From Candidatus Multivoradales bacterium (GTDB taxonomy: Bacteria; Acidobacteriota; Thermoanaerobaculia; Multivoradales; JAHEKO01): DNA of 64,000 nt. The stretch spans positions 1 through 64,000 of the forward strand of contig CBDCXM010000009.1 of assembly GCA_965223855.1 (NCBI GenBank), given 5' to 3'. Both the position numbers and the translations under genes were made by a program. Below the pieces are notes generated by a model. It was not told the origin of the DNA. It searched no databases and worked only from the letters and a program-made list of their open reading frames with translations. Positions 27,301 to 36,225 of the stretch are shown piece after piece (within the stretch, counting starts at the first letter, position 1; the number at the start of each line of letters is the position of its first letter).

Positions 27301-28475
27301 ACGCGATCGCCAGTCGCAGCGACGACGGCCACAGCCGCCGCCACTGCGCCGTCGGGCGGATCTCCTACCCCCGGCGCACCCGGGCCGACGGCACGGTCGC
27401 CCGCCCCGAGAGCGGTTGGCTGCTCTTCATCAAGGCGTCGACGACCGGCGACGAGCCCGAGGACGTCACCCAGTACTCGGTCGCCAACCCGACCTTTCCC
27501 CACCAGACGACTGCGGATCAGTTCTTCGACGAGTCACAGTTCGAGAGCTACCGTCGGCTCGGGCTCCACGTCGGTCACCGGGTACTCGGTACCGCGGCCC
27601 GCGAGGCGAAGGGCAACTGGGAAGCTCTCTTCAAGAAGCTCTACCAGCGCTGGTACACCCCCACCGTGCCGGTCGAGGGCTCCTTCGCCCAGCACGGCCG
27701 AACGCTCGCCGGCCTCTTCGACCGGCTCGGCTCCGATCCGAAGCTCGCCTTCCTGGCACCGCAGATCTACCAGGAGTGGGACGGCATCGCCGGTGTCGGC
27801 AGCTCGAAGTCGGGCATCCCGGTCGACGACGAGGAGCGCCGCGCCGGCTTCTTCTTCTGCAGCTCGCTCATCCAGCTGATGGAGAACGTCTACCTCGAGC
27901 TGCGACTCGACGAGGAGCACTCGAGCCCCGACAATCGGGGCTGGATGCAGCTCTTCCGGCGGTGGGCCACCTCACCGATGCTGCAGGCGACCTGGGCGAT
28001 CTCGGCCGGCACCTACGGCTCGCGATTCCAGAGCTTCTGCGAGCGCCGGCTCGATCTCAGGCAGGGCGAAGTCGATCTTCTCGACCCGGCCGACGAAGAG
28101 GCGATCGAGCGCATCGGTGCCACCGCTCCCCGCGCCATCCGCGACGAGGTTCGCGACCGCTCCGCCTCCGAGGAGATCGAGTGGCGCGAGCTGCGACTGC
28201 GCGCCCCCGGGATGGAGTTCCCGGTCGGCTTCAGCATCGTCTCCCGCAAAGAAGAGGGCGAGAACCGAAACGGCTACGTCTACTACCTCTTCATCGACCC
28301 GGATCTGCGGCGCTCGGGGCTCGCGGAACGGGGCCTGCGCCGACTCCAGCGACGCCTCGCCGACGACGGATTCACCCTCACCATCTCCGACGACCCGAAC
28401 CATCGGCTGGCGAACGTCGACGAGCACCGCTGGCTGAAGTTCCAGCACTTCTTCTCCGGGTCGCTCGAGAGCTGA
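24330..28475 (+). CDS. Large polytopic patatin/cPLA2-like phospholipase
   Basis: SGGGIRS, SVSGG, LSDGGHFENLG; many TMs between the catalytic motifs; RBS AGGAGG before ATG 24330. Confidence 0.82.
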   Translation: MDGRLTLAVLLVISLLAGALVWTQMREADPEKGARLFKTAFTKERVDRILEHPPLDTQVGRDEVRKGLAWDYLFIPFYAFFLWTTIKLATAGSTVTPVFLSRWAAVIPLVAATLDAIENRGILAILRKHEGALAREPGAAIVEEHAAWWLPALVSACALLTIALAVGTLLYILISRVRARFARPKASRRRDRDELLDFDRVLAAEHAALDVDERHNRVVGLAMSGGGIRSATFNLGILQAFARLGLLTRLDYLSSVSGGGYIASWLSQWLRREQKGGSTTEPIEKVEEQLAREPDQLKPEPDPVLHLRNYSNYLTPRLGVLSADTWTTVATYVRNFLLNLVIIVALTGLVLLVPRAVVDWLRFLKDEVFPGTPFSHFGVLTDAGISEVWAALAAVLLAGLAILGIGISLAGAVTREADPEDGLTSQGSVQRLVILPLIVSSIFGGYWLARIDTDGSALLWIGLTAVLYVASWLLSVAVAVLVSNERNLRPFVELGGRMTLWAIPVGLVGGALLMGVNRWVAQQLDGPPLNGPPGYLWSDWQVVAFCPPLLLSLFTLIAVLHIGLAGRGLDDYLREWLARAGAWITIYSLGWLALTGLAFYGPVVVATLAPWAKGALASGWLGASAAGAVAGNAQQQGSTKPWHGFAAKFAPWIFIVGLIVAVSWGFDLFLSRQHKELWQKFTTVAEEETAELDSDSEAAYGATRPTVASLIELHDELLDGQIDRGEFWWWILGLAAAACLFSARVAINEFSMHQYYRNRLVRAYLGASNRRRQSNPFTGFDPEDDTDLGLADPPRPFHLVNATLNLVHGERLGWQERKAASFTFSPLHSGYELAADEDQTTPQSAYRGTDTARGLTVGTAMAISGAAASPNMGYRSTPALTLLLTVFNVRLGWWLGNPRYRKAWQRGGPVFALRPLVSELFGLTSDRARDIYLSDGGHFENLGIYELVRRRCRFIISTDAGADPDLVFTDLANAIRKCRTDFGVEIEIDVDAIASRSDDGHSRRHCAVGRISYPRRTRADGTVARPESGWLLFIKASTTGDEPEDVTQYSVANPTFPHQTTADQFFDESQFESYRRLGLHVGHRVLGTAAREAKGNWEALFKKLYQRWYTPTVPVEGSFAQHGRTLAGLFDRLGSDPKLAFLAPQIYQEWDGIAGVGSSKSGIPVDDEERRAGFFFCSSLIQLMENVYLELRLDEEHSSPDNRGWMQLFRRWATSPMLQATWAISAGTYGSRFQSFCERRLDLRQGEVDLLDPADEEAIERIGATAPRAIRDEVRDRSASEEIEWRELRLRAPGMEFPVGFSIVSRKEEGENRNGYVYYLFIDPDLRRSGLAERGLRRLQRRLADDGFTLTISDDPNHRLANVDEHRWLKFQHFFSGSLES

Positions 28476-28495
28476 ACGCGAGCGCCCGAAGGGCG

Positions 28496-29446
28496 TCAGG
28501 TACCCGTGCGCCGACGGAGCGCTTCGAGCGCCACCTGGCGGACCTTGAGACTCGGATCGTCGTCGGCGAGGCGCCGCAGCAGACTCTCGGTGCCGGCCGA
28601 CTCGAGCCGCGCCAGCGCCTTGACCGCCTCGATCATCGCGTCTTCCTGCTGCTCCGGCGTGATGCCGGGGACCTGCGCCACCAGATCGCGGTCGAGCATC
28701 TCGGTGAGGATCGCGAGGCCGGCATCGCTGCCGAGACGTGACAGCGACAGCGCGGCGTTCCACCGCACGTCGGCCACCGTGTCTTCGAGCAGTACGCGGA
28801 GTCTCGGCTCCGCCTCCGGCTGCCCGAGCTCACCCAGCGCATAGGCTGCGGTCTTGCGGATCCCCGCATCGCGCGAGTCGGAAGCTTCGAGCATCGGCTC
28901 GAGCGCCCGCGGGTCGCCCAGCGAGCCGAGCGCCCAGAGGCTGTAGATCTTCAGCTCCTCGTCGGTGCTCTCGAGTGCTTCGAGCAGCTGCGGGAGCGCC
29001 GCCGGGTCCCTGGTGAAGCCGAGCACGAGCGCCAGATAGCGCTTCATGTCGTCGTTCTCCACCGACGCGAAGATGTCGCGCACCTGCTGCTTGAGCCCCG
29101 GGTTCTCGTCGAACGCCTGCGGGTCGGCGATCAACACCTTCGCCAGCTCGTACGCGGCCTGCGTGCGCCGCGGCGGCGACCAGTGGCTCAGGTCGTTGAG
29201 ATAGTCCTCGGTCGAGCTCTGGTCGTAGGCGATCCAGCCAAAGCCGATGAAGACCACGACGCAGGCCACCACCACCAGGAGCGGCACGACGAACAGCCCC
29301 ATGAAGGTGCGCAGGGCGCTCGGCGGCTCGTCCTCCTCGAGGGGGTCGGGTGCCAGCGGATCGGTGTAGTCGACGCCCGCTTCGGGCTCGTGGCCCTGCT
29401 GCTCCCCCGGTGTAGAGCCCCCGGTCGGCTTGGTGTCCTCGCTCAT
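28496..29446 (-). CDS. Membrane-anchored HEAT/PBS-lyase repeat protein
   Basis: One TM, then repeats AAYALGELG, ALWALG-like, AALSLSRLG. Confidence 0.82.
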   Translation of the reverse strand: MSEDTKPTGGSTPGEQQGHEPEAGVDYTDPLAPDPLEEDEPPSALRTFMGLFVVPLLVVVACVVVFIGFGWIAYDQSSTEDYLNDLSHWSPPRRTQAAYELAKVLIADPQAFDENPGLKQQVRDIFASVENDDMKRYLALVLGFTRDPAALPQLLEALESTDEELKIYSLWALGSLGDPRALEPMLEASDSRDAGIRKTAAYALGELGQPEAEPRLRVLLEDTVADVRWNAALSLSRLGSDAGLAILTEMLDRDLVAQVPGITPEQQEDAMIEAVKALARLESAGTESLLRRLADDDPSLKVRQVALEALRRRTGT

Positions 29447-29620
29447 GAGCGGGCGGAGCTTACCGCGCCCTCACGAGCGGTGGTAGGCCGGTCCGGGAAG
29501 CGTGAGCCGCCCGCCCGAGTGCGACGCACCGGGACCGATCAGGGCCCGCGCCGCCGTGCTAGCCTCTTCGCGAAGGCTCCGCGGCCGTGAACCGCCGCGC
29601 CCGCCTCAGCCCAGGCAGAC

Positions 29621-30916
29621 ATGAACGCAGCGACTTCAAAGGCGCTCGGCGCCGCTCTCCTGCTGCTCGGCGCCGCCGGCGTCCGAGCCGAGCCCGAGCC
29701 GGTGTGGATCACCCTCGGTGAGGACGCCTTCGCAGCCTTCCAGAAGGAGGTTGCCGAACAGCCCGGCGAGCCGGTGCCGGTCGCCGAAGGCCGACAGGGT
29801 GGTGCGGTGTTGACCCGTGTTTCCGAGAGCCGGTTGTCGCATCTCTCCGAGCTGCTCCACCGGCGCTACCGGCGCTGCAGCGGGTTTCTGCGCCACGCCA
29901 GCAGAGCCGAAGGCCTGGCCGCCCTGTCGCGGCTTGCGCAACCCCGCACGAGCGACGGCGCCGATGCCTTCTCCCTCGACCAGAGCGCGACGGTCACGGC
30001 ACTCGAAGCGTTGCTCGACCCATCGGCACTCGAACAGACGATCGTCGATCTCTCGACCGACTTCCCCAACCGCTACCACGCCCACCCCTCCGGCAGTGCC
30101 GCCTCGCAGTGGATCGACGACCTGTGGAGCGGCTACGCCTCGGATCGCTCCGACGTGACGGTCGAACAGGTCACGCACCCCGGCGTCCAACAGCCGTCCG
30201 TCGTCCTGACGATCGAGGGTGCCGCCATCCCGGATGAGGTCGTCGTCCTCGGCGGCCACATGGACTCGATCGCCGCCGGGACCTCGAACCCGACGTTCCC
30301 GGCTCCGGGAGCCGACGACAACGCCTCCGGGATCGCGGCGTTGAGCGAGGCGATCCGGGTGGCGATGGTGGACGGCTTCCGCCCGCAGCGCACCGTCTCC
30401 TTCATGGCCTACGCAGCCGAGGAGGTCGGCCTCGTCGGCTCGCAGGACATCGCTCAGGACTACGCCGCAGCCGGCATCGACGTCGTCGCGGTTCTGCAGC
30501 TCGACATGACCGGCTACAACGGTTCGACCGCCGACATCGGCATCCTCTCCGACCACACCGACGCCACGCTCAGCGCCTTCGTCGGCAGTCTCGTCGACGC
30601 CTACCAGCCCGAGCTGGTGAGCACCTCGACCTCATGCGGCTACGCCTGCTCCGACCACGCCTCGTGGACCGCAGCCGGCTATCCGGCGGCGATGCCGTTC
30701 GAAGCCCGGTTCGGCGAACACAACCCCTGGATCCACACCCCGAGCGACACCTACGCCACCCTCGGCGACAGCGTCGACCACGCTTTCAAGTTCGCCCGCC
30801 TGGCGACCGCCTTCCTGGTCGAAATCGCCAAGCCGTACGTCGTGCTCGAGCCCGAGATCTTCGACGACGGCTTCGAGTCGGGCGACACCTCCGCCTGGAC
30901 GAGCACGGTTCCTTAG
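29621..30916 (+). CDS. Secreted M28 leucyl aminopeptidase (Vibrio AAP-like)
   Basis: GGHMDS, GADDNASG, AAEEVG, LQLDM, CGYACSDH, IHT. Confidence 0.92.
   Translation: MNAATSKALGAALLLLGAAGVRAEPEPVWITLGEDAFAAFQKEVAEQPGEPVPVAEGRQGGAVLTRVSESRLSHLSELLHRRYRRCSGFLRHASRAEGLAALSRLAQPRTSDGADAFSLDQSATVTALEALLDPSALEQTIVDLSTDFPNRYHAHPSGSAASQWIDDLWSGYASDRSDVTVEQVTHPGVQQPSVVLTIEGAAIPDEVVVLGGHMDSIAAGTSNPTFPAPGADDNASGIAALSEAIRVAMVDGFRPQRTVSFMAYAAEEVGLVGSQDIAQDYAAAGIDVVAVLQLDMTGYNGSTADIGILSDHTDATLSAFVGSLVDAYQPELVSTSTSCGYACSDHASWTAAGYPAAMPFEARFGEHNPWIHTPSDTYATLGDSVDHAFKFARLATAFLVEIAKPYVVLEPEIFDDGFESGDTSAWTSTVP
30857..30916 (+). other. C-terminal tag IFDDGFESGDTSAWTSTVP (copy 2)
   Basis: 15/19 aa identical to the M36 peptidase C-terminus. 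Confidence 0.75.
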
Positions 30917-30975
30917 ACGGGTTCCCAGCCCGGTGCTTCAGACCGGTCTTCCAGCCCGGGTCCTCCTGGGCGAGG

Positions 30976-31728
30976 TCAGCTCGAGGCGATGCCGAGTGCC
31001 CGCTTCAGGGCGGTCACCCGGCGCCGGCTGACGGGCGCCTGCTGACCGTCCTCGAGGTCGATCACCACCTGATCGTCGATCTTGCGGAGCCCGCGCACCG
31101 CCGCCAGCCGGATCAGCTCCGAGCGGTGGACTCTCAGGAAGCCCCACTCCTCGAGCCGACTCTCGAGTTCGGCGATGCTCTCATCGAGCAGGTAGCGGCG
31201 GCCGTCCTGCTGGAAGGCGGTGTAGCCGCGCTGGGCGTGGAAGCGGGCGATGGCGGCGGGGTCGAAGAGATGGACGCTCTCGCCGCTGCGGGCGGCGATG
31301 CGCGGCGGCTCGTCGCGTTCCCGGAGCCTCTGCGCCAGGCGCCTCAACGTTCGCGCGTCCTGCCCACGCTCGAGGCGCCGCACCCGGTCGAGCGCGGCTG
31401 CGAGCCGCTCGGCGCTCACCGGCTTGAGCAGGTAGTCGACCGCCGCCGCCTCGAACGCCTGCACCGCGTAGCGCTCGAAAGCGGTGACGAAGACGACCGC
31501 CAGCCCCTGCGGCAGTTGCTGGGCGAGCTCGATGCCGTCGACCTCCGGCATCTGGATGTCGAGCAGGACCACGTCCGGAGCGGTCGCGTCGATGACCGAA
31601 AGCGCCTCCTCTGCGTGAGCCGCTTCACCGACCACCTCCACACCCTCCAGTCCGGTGAGCAGGCGACGCAGCCGGCGGCGCGCCACCGTCTCGTCGTCGA
31701 CGACGACCACGGCGAGCCCGGTTCTCAC
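30976..31728 (-). CDS. LytTR family response regulator
   Basis: VVDDE, LLDIQMP, DYLLKP, FLRVHRS, PVSRRR; GTGA overlap with the kinase. Confidence 0.92.
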   Translation of the reverse strand: MRTGLAVVVVDDETVARRRLRRLLTGLEGVEVVGEAAHAEEALSVIDATAPDVVLLDIQMPEVDGIELAQQLPQGLAVVFVTAFERYAVQAFEAAAVDYLLKPVSAERLAAALDRVRRLERGQDARTLRRLAQRLRERDEPPRIAARSGESVHLFDPAAIARFHAQRGYTAFQQDGRRYLLDESIAELESRLEEWGFLRVHRSELIRLAAVRGLRKIDDQVVIDLEDGQQAPVSRRRVTALKRALGIASS

Positions 31729-32831
31729 GAGCCACCCCCGCGCGGCAGTACGAGCGTCGCCCGCACCCCTCCCGCCCCACCGGTCGCGAGCTCGAGGCTC
31801 GCACCGTCGCCGTAGAGCATGCCGAGGCGTTCGCGCAGTTCCCGCAGCGACGACCCGGTGCCGTTGCCGTCGCCCGGGGCCGCCAGTCCGCCGCCGTCGT
31901 CCTCGACGATCAATCTCGAAACGGAGTCGCGTCGCTCGCCCCGGATCCACAGCCGCCCGCCCTCGCGGCGAGGCGCGATCGCATGCTGCACGGCATTCTC
32001 GACCAGCGGCTGCAGCACCAGCGGCGGCACGAGCTCGTCGAGCAGCCCGCCATCGAGGTCGATGTCGAAGCGCAGCCGCTCGCCGAGCCGGATCGACTCG
32101 ACCTCGAGATAGCCGCGCACGGCGTCGAGCTCGTCGCCGAGCCTCACCCAGCCGACCTCGGCCGAGTTGAGGGCATAGCGGAAAAGGTCCGCCAGCCGCT
32201 CGAGCATCTGCTCGGCCGCTCGGGGATCGTCATCGATCAGCCCGGCGACCGTGTTGAGGCTGTTGAACAGGAAGTGCGGGTTGGTGCGCGCCTGGAGCGC
32301 CTTGAGCTCGGCACGCAGCGCCTCCTTGCGGGCCTGTTCGGCGTGCATCTCGTCGCGCCGCGCCCTCTCTCGCAGCTTCTCGTAGCCGATGTCGATCGCC
32401 AGGATCACCACCACCACCACGAGGCCGATGCGCAGGACGTCGGGACGTACGCTTTCCGCCCGCATCCCCTGGAGTCGTTCGACGATCCGCACCGCGATCT
32501 CCACACCGACGGTCGTCGCCACGAGGCCGATGGCGACCTTGGCAGAGGTGACGAGAGCCGAGCCCTCGAAGCGCCTCCGCACGAGCGGCATGAGGAGTCG
32601 CAGCGATTGCGACACGGTGAGCCCGATCGACAGCGAGATGATGGTGTTGAAGTACAGCGCCATCAGCCACTGCTCGAGGGTGCCGTCGATCCAGAAGGGC
32701 GAAAGCAGCAGGGTCAGGATCACCGCCACCCCGACGCACCAGGCAAGCTCCGCCGGCAGCTCGCGAGTCAGGTATCGACGCAGGGTCGTCCTCCCCGACT
32801 CCGAGCGCCCGGGGGCGGTGAACCGCCTCAT
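31725..32831 (-). CDS. LytS/YehU-type sensor histidine kinase
   Basis: Four TMs, NPHFLFNSLN, QPLVENAVQH. Confidence 0.92.
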   Translation of the reverse strand: MRRFTAPGRSESGRTTLRRYLTRELPAELAWCVGVAVILTLLLSPFWIDGTLEQWLMALYFNTIISLSIGLTVSQSLRLLMPLVRRRFEGSALVTSAKVAIGLVATTVGVEIAVRIVERLQGMRAESVRPDVLRIGLVVVVVILAIDIGYEKLRERARRDEMHAEQARKEALRAELKALQARTNPHFLFNSLNTVAGLIDDDPRAAEQMLERLADLFRYALNSAEVGWVRLGDELDAVRGYLEVESIRLGERLRFDIDLDGGLLDELVPPLVLQPLVENAVQHAIAPRREGGRLWIRGERRDSVSRLIVEDDGGGLAAPGDGNGTGSSLRELRERLGMLYGDGASLELATGGAGGVRATLVLPRGGGS

Positions 32832-33853
32832 GGCCCTTCTTCGGGCGCCGACGCGGCGGCCTCGATCTGCTCGAAGAGGACGGCTGCGCTCACGGCGTCG
32901 AACGCCGCGAGAGCCTCCGCGGTCTCGCGAGCTCTGTCGACCGATCCGCCGGCGATCGGCGGCGCGCTGAGGTAGTAGCCCACCAGCCAATGATAGGCCT
33001 CCACCAGAGTCGGGTCGGCGGCCAGCGACCGCTGGAGCGCGTCGAGCATCTCGAAGGCGTAGCGCGGGCCGTTGGACGGATCCTCGTTGATCGCCGCTCC
33101 GAGCTGCTCGGCCAGCGCAAGCCACGCCTCGCCGTTCCCGGGCTCCTCCCGGGTCCGCTCACGTGCCGCGGCGATCGGATCGCCGCTCGCGACCTCGGCC
33201 GGCCGCGCCGCAGCCTCTTCGAGCACCTCGCGGATCGAGACTCCCTCCTCGGGATCGAGCTGGGCCTGAGCCGCCATCTGCCGCCGCATCTGAGGCCAGC
33301 TCTCGGCGGGCTGGCGGGCGAGCCGGAAGCTCGCGTGCGGCGCTCCGCGCAGGGTGACCTCCATCACCATCTGCTCCTCCACCACGCCGAGCTCGACCGA
33401 GAGAAAGTCCGGCCGCTCCTCGAGGCTCCACCGGTAGAGCCCTTCTGCCGCTCCCGGGCCGGCGAAGGCCAGGGTGTGTTTCTGGACCCCCAGCCCTTCC
33501 ATGCCCCCCTCCTCGGTCAGCATCCAACGGCCGGCGTCATCGCGCCACAGCACGAAGTCGAGATAGGTCTCGCGGTTGAGGGCGGAGCGGCTGTGGAGAC
33601 TGCCGTCGGCGCGCTCGTCCCACAACATGGCGAACGGCATCGGGCCCATCGGCGTGTCGTTCTCCTCGCCCGCCCAACCTCCGATCAAGCGAGGGATCAT
33701 CGTCTCGACTCCGCCTGCCGGCGAAGCGCTCTCGGCAGGTGCGGCCGAAGCCACGCCGAAGAGGAGCAGAATCCAGGGCGTCAGAAGACCTGCGATCATC
33801 CGCTTCGAGGTCCGGGTGCCTGGCGTGTCGTTCAGAAGGCTCGCTTCGCGCAT
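32828..33853 (-). CDS. Exported hypothetical protein with C-terminal TPR-like helices
   Basis: RBS AAGGAG, signal-like segment, beta-rich N-half, YYLSAPPIAGG helical C-half; ATGA overlap with the kinase. Confidence 0.7.
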   Translation of the reverse strand: MREASLLNDTPGTRTSKRMIAGLLTPWILLLFGVASAAPAESASPAGGVETMIPRLIGGWAGEENDTPMGPMPFAMLWDERADGSLHSRSALNRETYLDFVLWRDDAGRWMLTEEGGMEGLGVQKHTLAFAGPGAAEGLYRWSLEERPDFLSVELGVVEEQMVMEVTLRGAPHASFRLARQPAESWPQMRRQMAAQAQLDPEEGVSIREVLEEAAARPAEVASGDPIAAARERTREEPGNGEAWLALAEQLGAAINEDPSNGPRYAFEMLDALQRSLAADPTLVEAYHWLVGYYLSAPPIAGGSVDRARETAEALAAFDAVSAAVLFEQIEAAASAPEEGP

Positions 33854-33936
33854 CGTTTCTCTCCTTGCTCGTTGCCACCGACGTGGTGGAACGAGAGCAA
33901 GGTACGGCGCCGCACGCCCCGGGTGGCGGGACAATC

Positions 33937-33966
33937 GACGAACGGCGCCGATCGCCCTCCCAACGG
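33937..33966 (-). promoter_or_regulatory. Putative LytTR binding direct repeats (AlgR-like box)
   Basis: CCGTTGGGA-N12-CCGTTCGTC on the minus strand, 21-bp period, upstream of the LytS/LytTR operon. Confidence 0.6.
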
Positions 33967-33998
33967 CCGCGACTCCGGGTTCCGCGACCGGTCGGCCG

Positions 33999-34403
33999 TC
34001 AGCCGGCGGCGGCGGCGAGCTCGCGGAAGCTGCCGCCGCGCACCCCGCCTTCGACCCGGATCGGCCGATTCGCCTCGTCGACGAAGACCGCCTTCGGTCT
34101 CCAGTCGCGGGCCTCGGCGTCGTCGAGCTCGACGTAGGACATGATGATCACCAGATCCCCCGGATCGACGAGCGCAGCCGCCGCGCCGTTGAGCTGAACG
34201 GTTCCGCTTCCGGGGTCGCCTGGAATCGCGTAGGTCTCGAGTCGCGCGCCGTTGGTGACATCGACCACCTGGACCTTCTCGTGATCGAGGATGTCGGCGA
34301 GCCGCATCAACTCCGGATCGAGCGTGATGCTGCCGACGTAGTCGAGGTCGGCGCCGGTGACCGTGGCGCGGTGGATCTTGCCGTTGAGAAGAGTTCTGCG
34401 CAT
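33999..34403 (-). CDS. panD: Aspartate 1-decarboxylase
   Basis: [28 protein letters not shown]. Confidence 0.96.
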   Translation of the reverse strand: MRRTLLNGKIHRATVTGADLDYVGSITLDPELMRLADILDHEKVQVVDVTNGARLETYAIPGDPGSGTVQLNGAAAALVDPGDLVIIMSYVELDDAEARDWRPKAVFVDEANRPIRVEGGVRGGSFRELAAAAG

Positions 34404-35281
34404 CAGGATGCCTCACGAATCGGTATCCCGCTCGGCGTGGCACCGGACGAGAGGAGAGTGTTGTCGATCAGACGGACTTCGCCGACCCTGGCGGCGAGCG
34501 AGACGAGCGCCGCAGCGACCGGCGTGGACAGTTCCTCGAGCGACCCGGGATCGGCGACGCTCACATACTCGAGATCGACGGACGGCGCCTCTGCGAGGTG
34601 CCGCTCGACGAGGGCGCGCAGCACGGCCGGTTCGCGCTCCCCCAGCTCCCAGGCACGGGCGGCCGAGGCGAGCGCTTCGGGAATCACCAGCGCCGCAGCT
34701 CGCTGTTCGCGATCGAGCCGGCGGTTGCGGCTGCTCATCGCCAGCCCGTCGGCGTCGCGCCGGGTGGCGCAGCGGACGACCTCCACCGGCAGATCGAGAT
34801 CGCGGACCAACGTCTCGACGACCCGCAGCTGCTGGAAGTCCTTCTCCCCGAAGTAGGCGCGGTCCGGATCGACCTGATGGAGCAGCTTGAGGACGACGGT
34901 GGCGACACCGTCGAAATGACCCGGGCGCGAGGCGCCTTCGAGCGGCCCGGCGATCGCGCCGACCGAGACCGTGGTCTGGAAGCCGGGCGGGTACATCTCC
35001 CCGACCGTTGGCGCCCACAGCGCATGACAACCCTCGCTCTCGAGCAGCTCGGCGTCGCGCTCGAGAGCGCGGGGATAGGCGGCGAGGTCGCCGCGGCCGT
35101 CGAACTGCTTCGGGTTGACGAAGATGGAAGCGACCGCGACGTCATTCTCTGCCAGCGCCCTGGCCACGAGGGTCAGGTGAGCGTCGTGGAGCGCCCCCAT
35201 CGTCGGCACGAAGCCGACCGAGCGCGCTCCCTGTCGCCGGCGCCAGCGGCGGAGCTGCTCCCGAGTCGTGAGCACCTTCAT
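34403..35281 (-). CDS. panC: Pantoate--beta-alanine ligase
   Basis: [32 protein letters not shown]. Confidence 0.96.
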   Translation of the reverse strand: MKVLTTREQLRRWRRRQGARSVGFVPTMGALHDAHLTLVARALAENDVAVASIFVNPKQFDGRGDLAAYPRALERDAELLESEGCHALWAPTVGEMYPPGFQTTVSVGAIAGPLEGASRPGHFDGVATVVLKLLHQVDPDRAYFGEKDFQQLRVVETLVRDLDLPVEVVRCATRRDADGLAMSSRNRRLDREQRAAALVIPEALASAARAWELGEREPAVLRALVERHLAEAPSVDLEYVSVADPGSLEELSTPVAAALVSLAARVGEVRLIDNTLLSSGATPSGIPIREAS

Positions 35282-36225
35282 GCCGCGTCTCCCACCGCCG
35301 CCTGGCGGGTCGCCTCCCGCTCGGCGGCGAGAACCTGTCGCAACAACGATTCGTTGACCGGGGTCGCGACACCCCCCACGCGGCCGCGCCGCACGACCTC
35401 ACCGCAGAGGCAATCGATCTCGGTCGCCGCTCCCCGTTCGAGATCCTGCAACATCGACGAGCGGTTGCCGGCCGTGCGCCGCGCGACGTCGAGCGCGATC
35501 TCTCCGACGTCTCCCGGCAGATTCACTCCCTCGGCCGCGGCGACCGCAGCGACCTCGCGCGCCGCCGATCTCAGACCTGCCCGCAGCTCCTCGGACGCCA
35601 GCAACTCGCCGTTGGTGCATCGTGCGAGCGCCGAGGCCGGGTTGATCGCGCAGTTGACGGCGAGCTTGAGCCACAGACTCGGGGCGATGTCGTGTACCAC
35701 AGTGGTGGCGAAGCCGGCCTCCTCGAGCACTCGCGCCAGCGGCGCGGCGGCTCGCGGCAGCACCGTCTCGCCGGTCGCCACCGCCTGCACCCGCCCCGGG
35801 CCGAGCACCCTCGCCGCCGCGGTCGTCGCCCCGGCCACGACCGGAATGCCCGACCCGCCCGACAGGCACTCAGCATGGCCGAGGCCGTTCTGGAGCGTAG
35901 CCACGAGCGCGTCTCGCTGCGCGACTCTTCCGACGACCTCGGCTACAACCTCGGTCGCCGCGCCTTTCACCAGGACGAGAATCAGCGGCGCCGGCTCGAG
36001 CCTCCCGGCCTGGTCGAGCGCAAGCGCCTCGACACTCTCGCGCCAACTCCCCTCCGGCTCCTCGACCTCGATCCCGCGCGAGACGAGTCGCTCGAGACCC
36101 GCGGCCCAGCCTCCCAGGAGCGTGACCCTATGCCCGGCGCGCGCCAGGCGGGCCCCGAAGTGCATCGCCAGGGCGCCGGTTCCGAGGATCGAGATCGGTG
36201 GTCGCCGCCTCAGGCGCTCAGCCAT
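35278..36225 (-). CDS. panE: Ketopantoate reductase
   Basis: ILGTGALA, LQNG, KLAVNCAINP, SSMLQD, TEID. Confidence 0.9.
   Translation of the reverse strand: MAERLRRRPPISILGTGALAMHFGARLARAGHRVTLLGGWAAGLERLVSRGIEVEEPEGSWRESVEALALDQAGRLEPAPLILVLVKGAATEVVAEVVGRVAQRDALVATLQNGLGHAECLSGGSGIPVVAGATTAAARVLGPGRVQAVATGETVLPRAAAPLARVLEEAGFATTVVHDIAPSLWLKLAVNCAINPASALARCTNGELLASEELRAGLRSAAREVAAVAAAEGVNLPGDVGEIALDVARRTAGNRSSMLQDLERGAATEIDCLCGEVVRRGRVGGVATPVNESLLRQVLAAEREATRQAAVGDAA

Noticed and set aside
24357-27503. 1048-aa antisense ORF and similar long ORFs (7662-9731, 19175-21487, 34598-37174, 44350-47037, 56847-59264)
   Set aside because: Antisense shadows expected in high-GC coding DNA; no motifs
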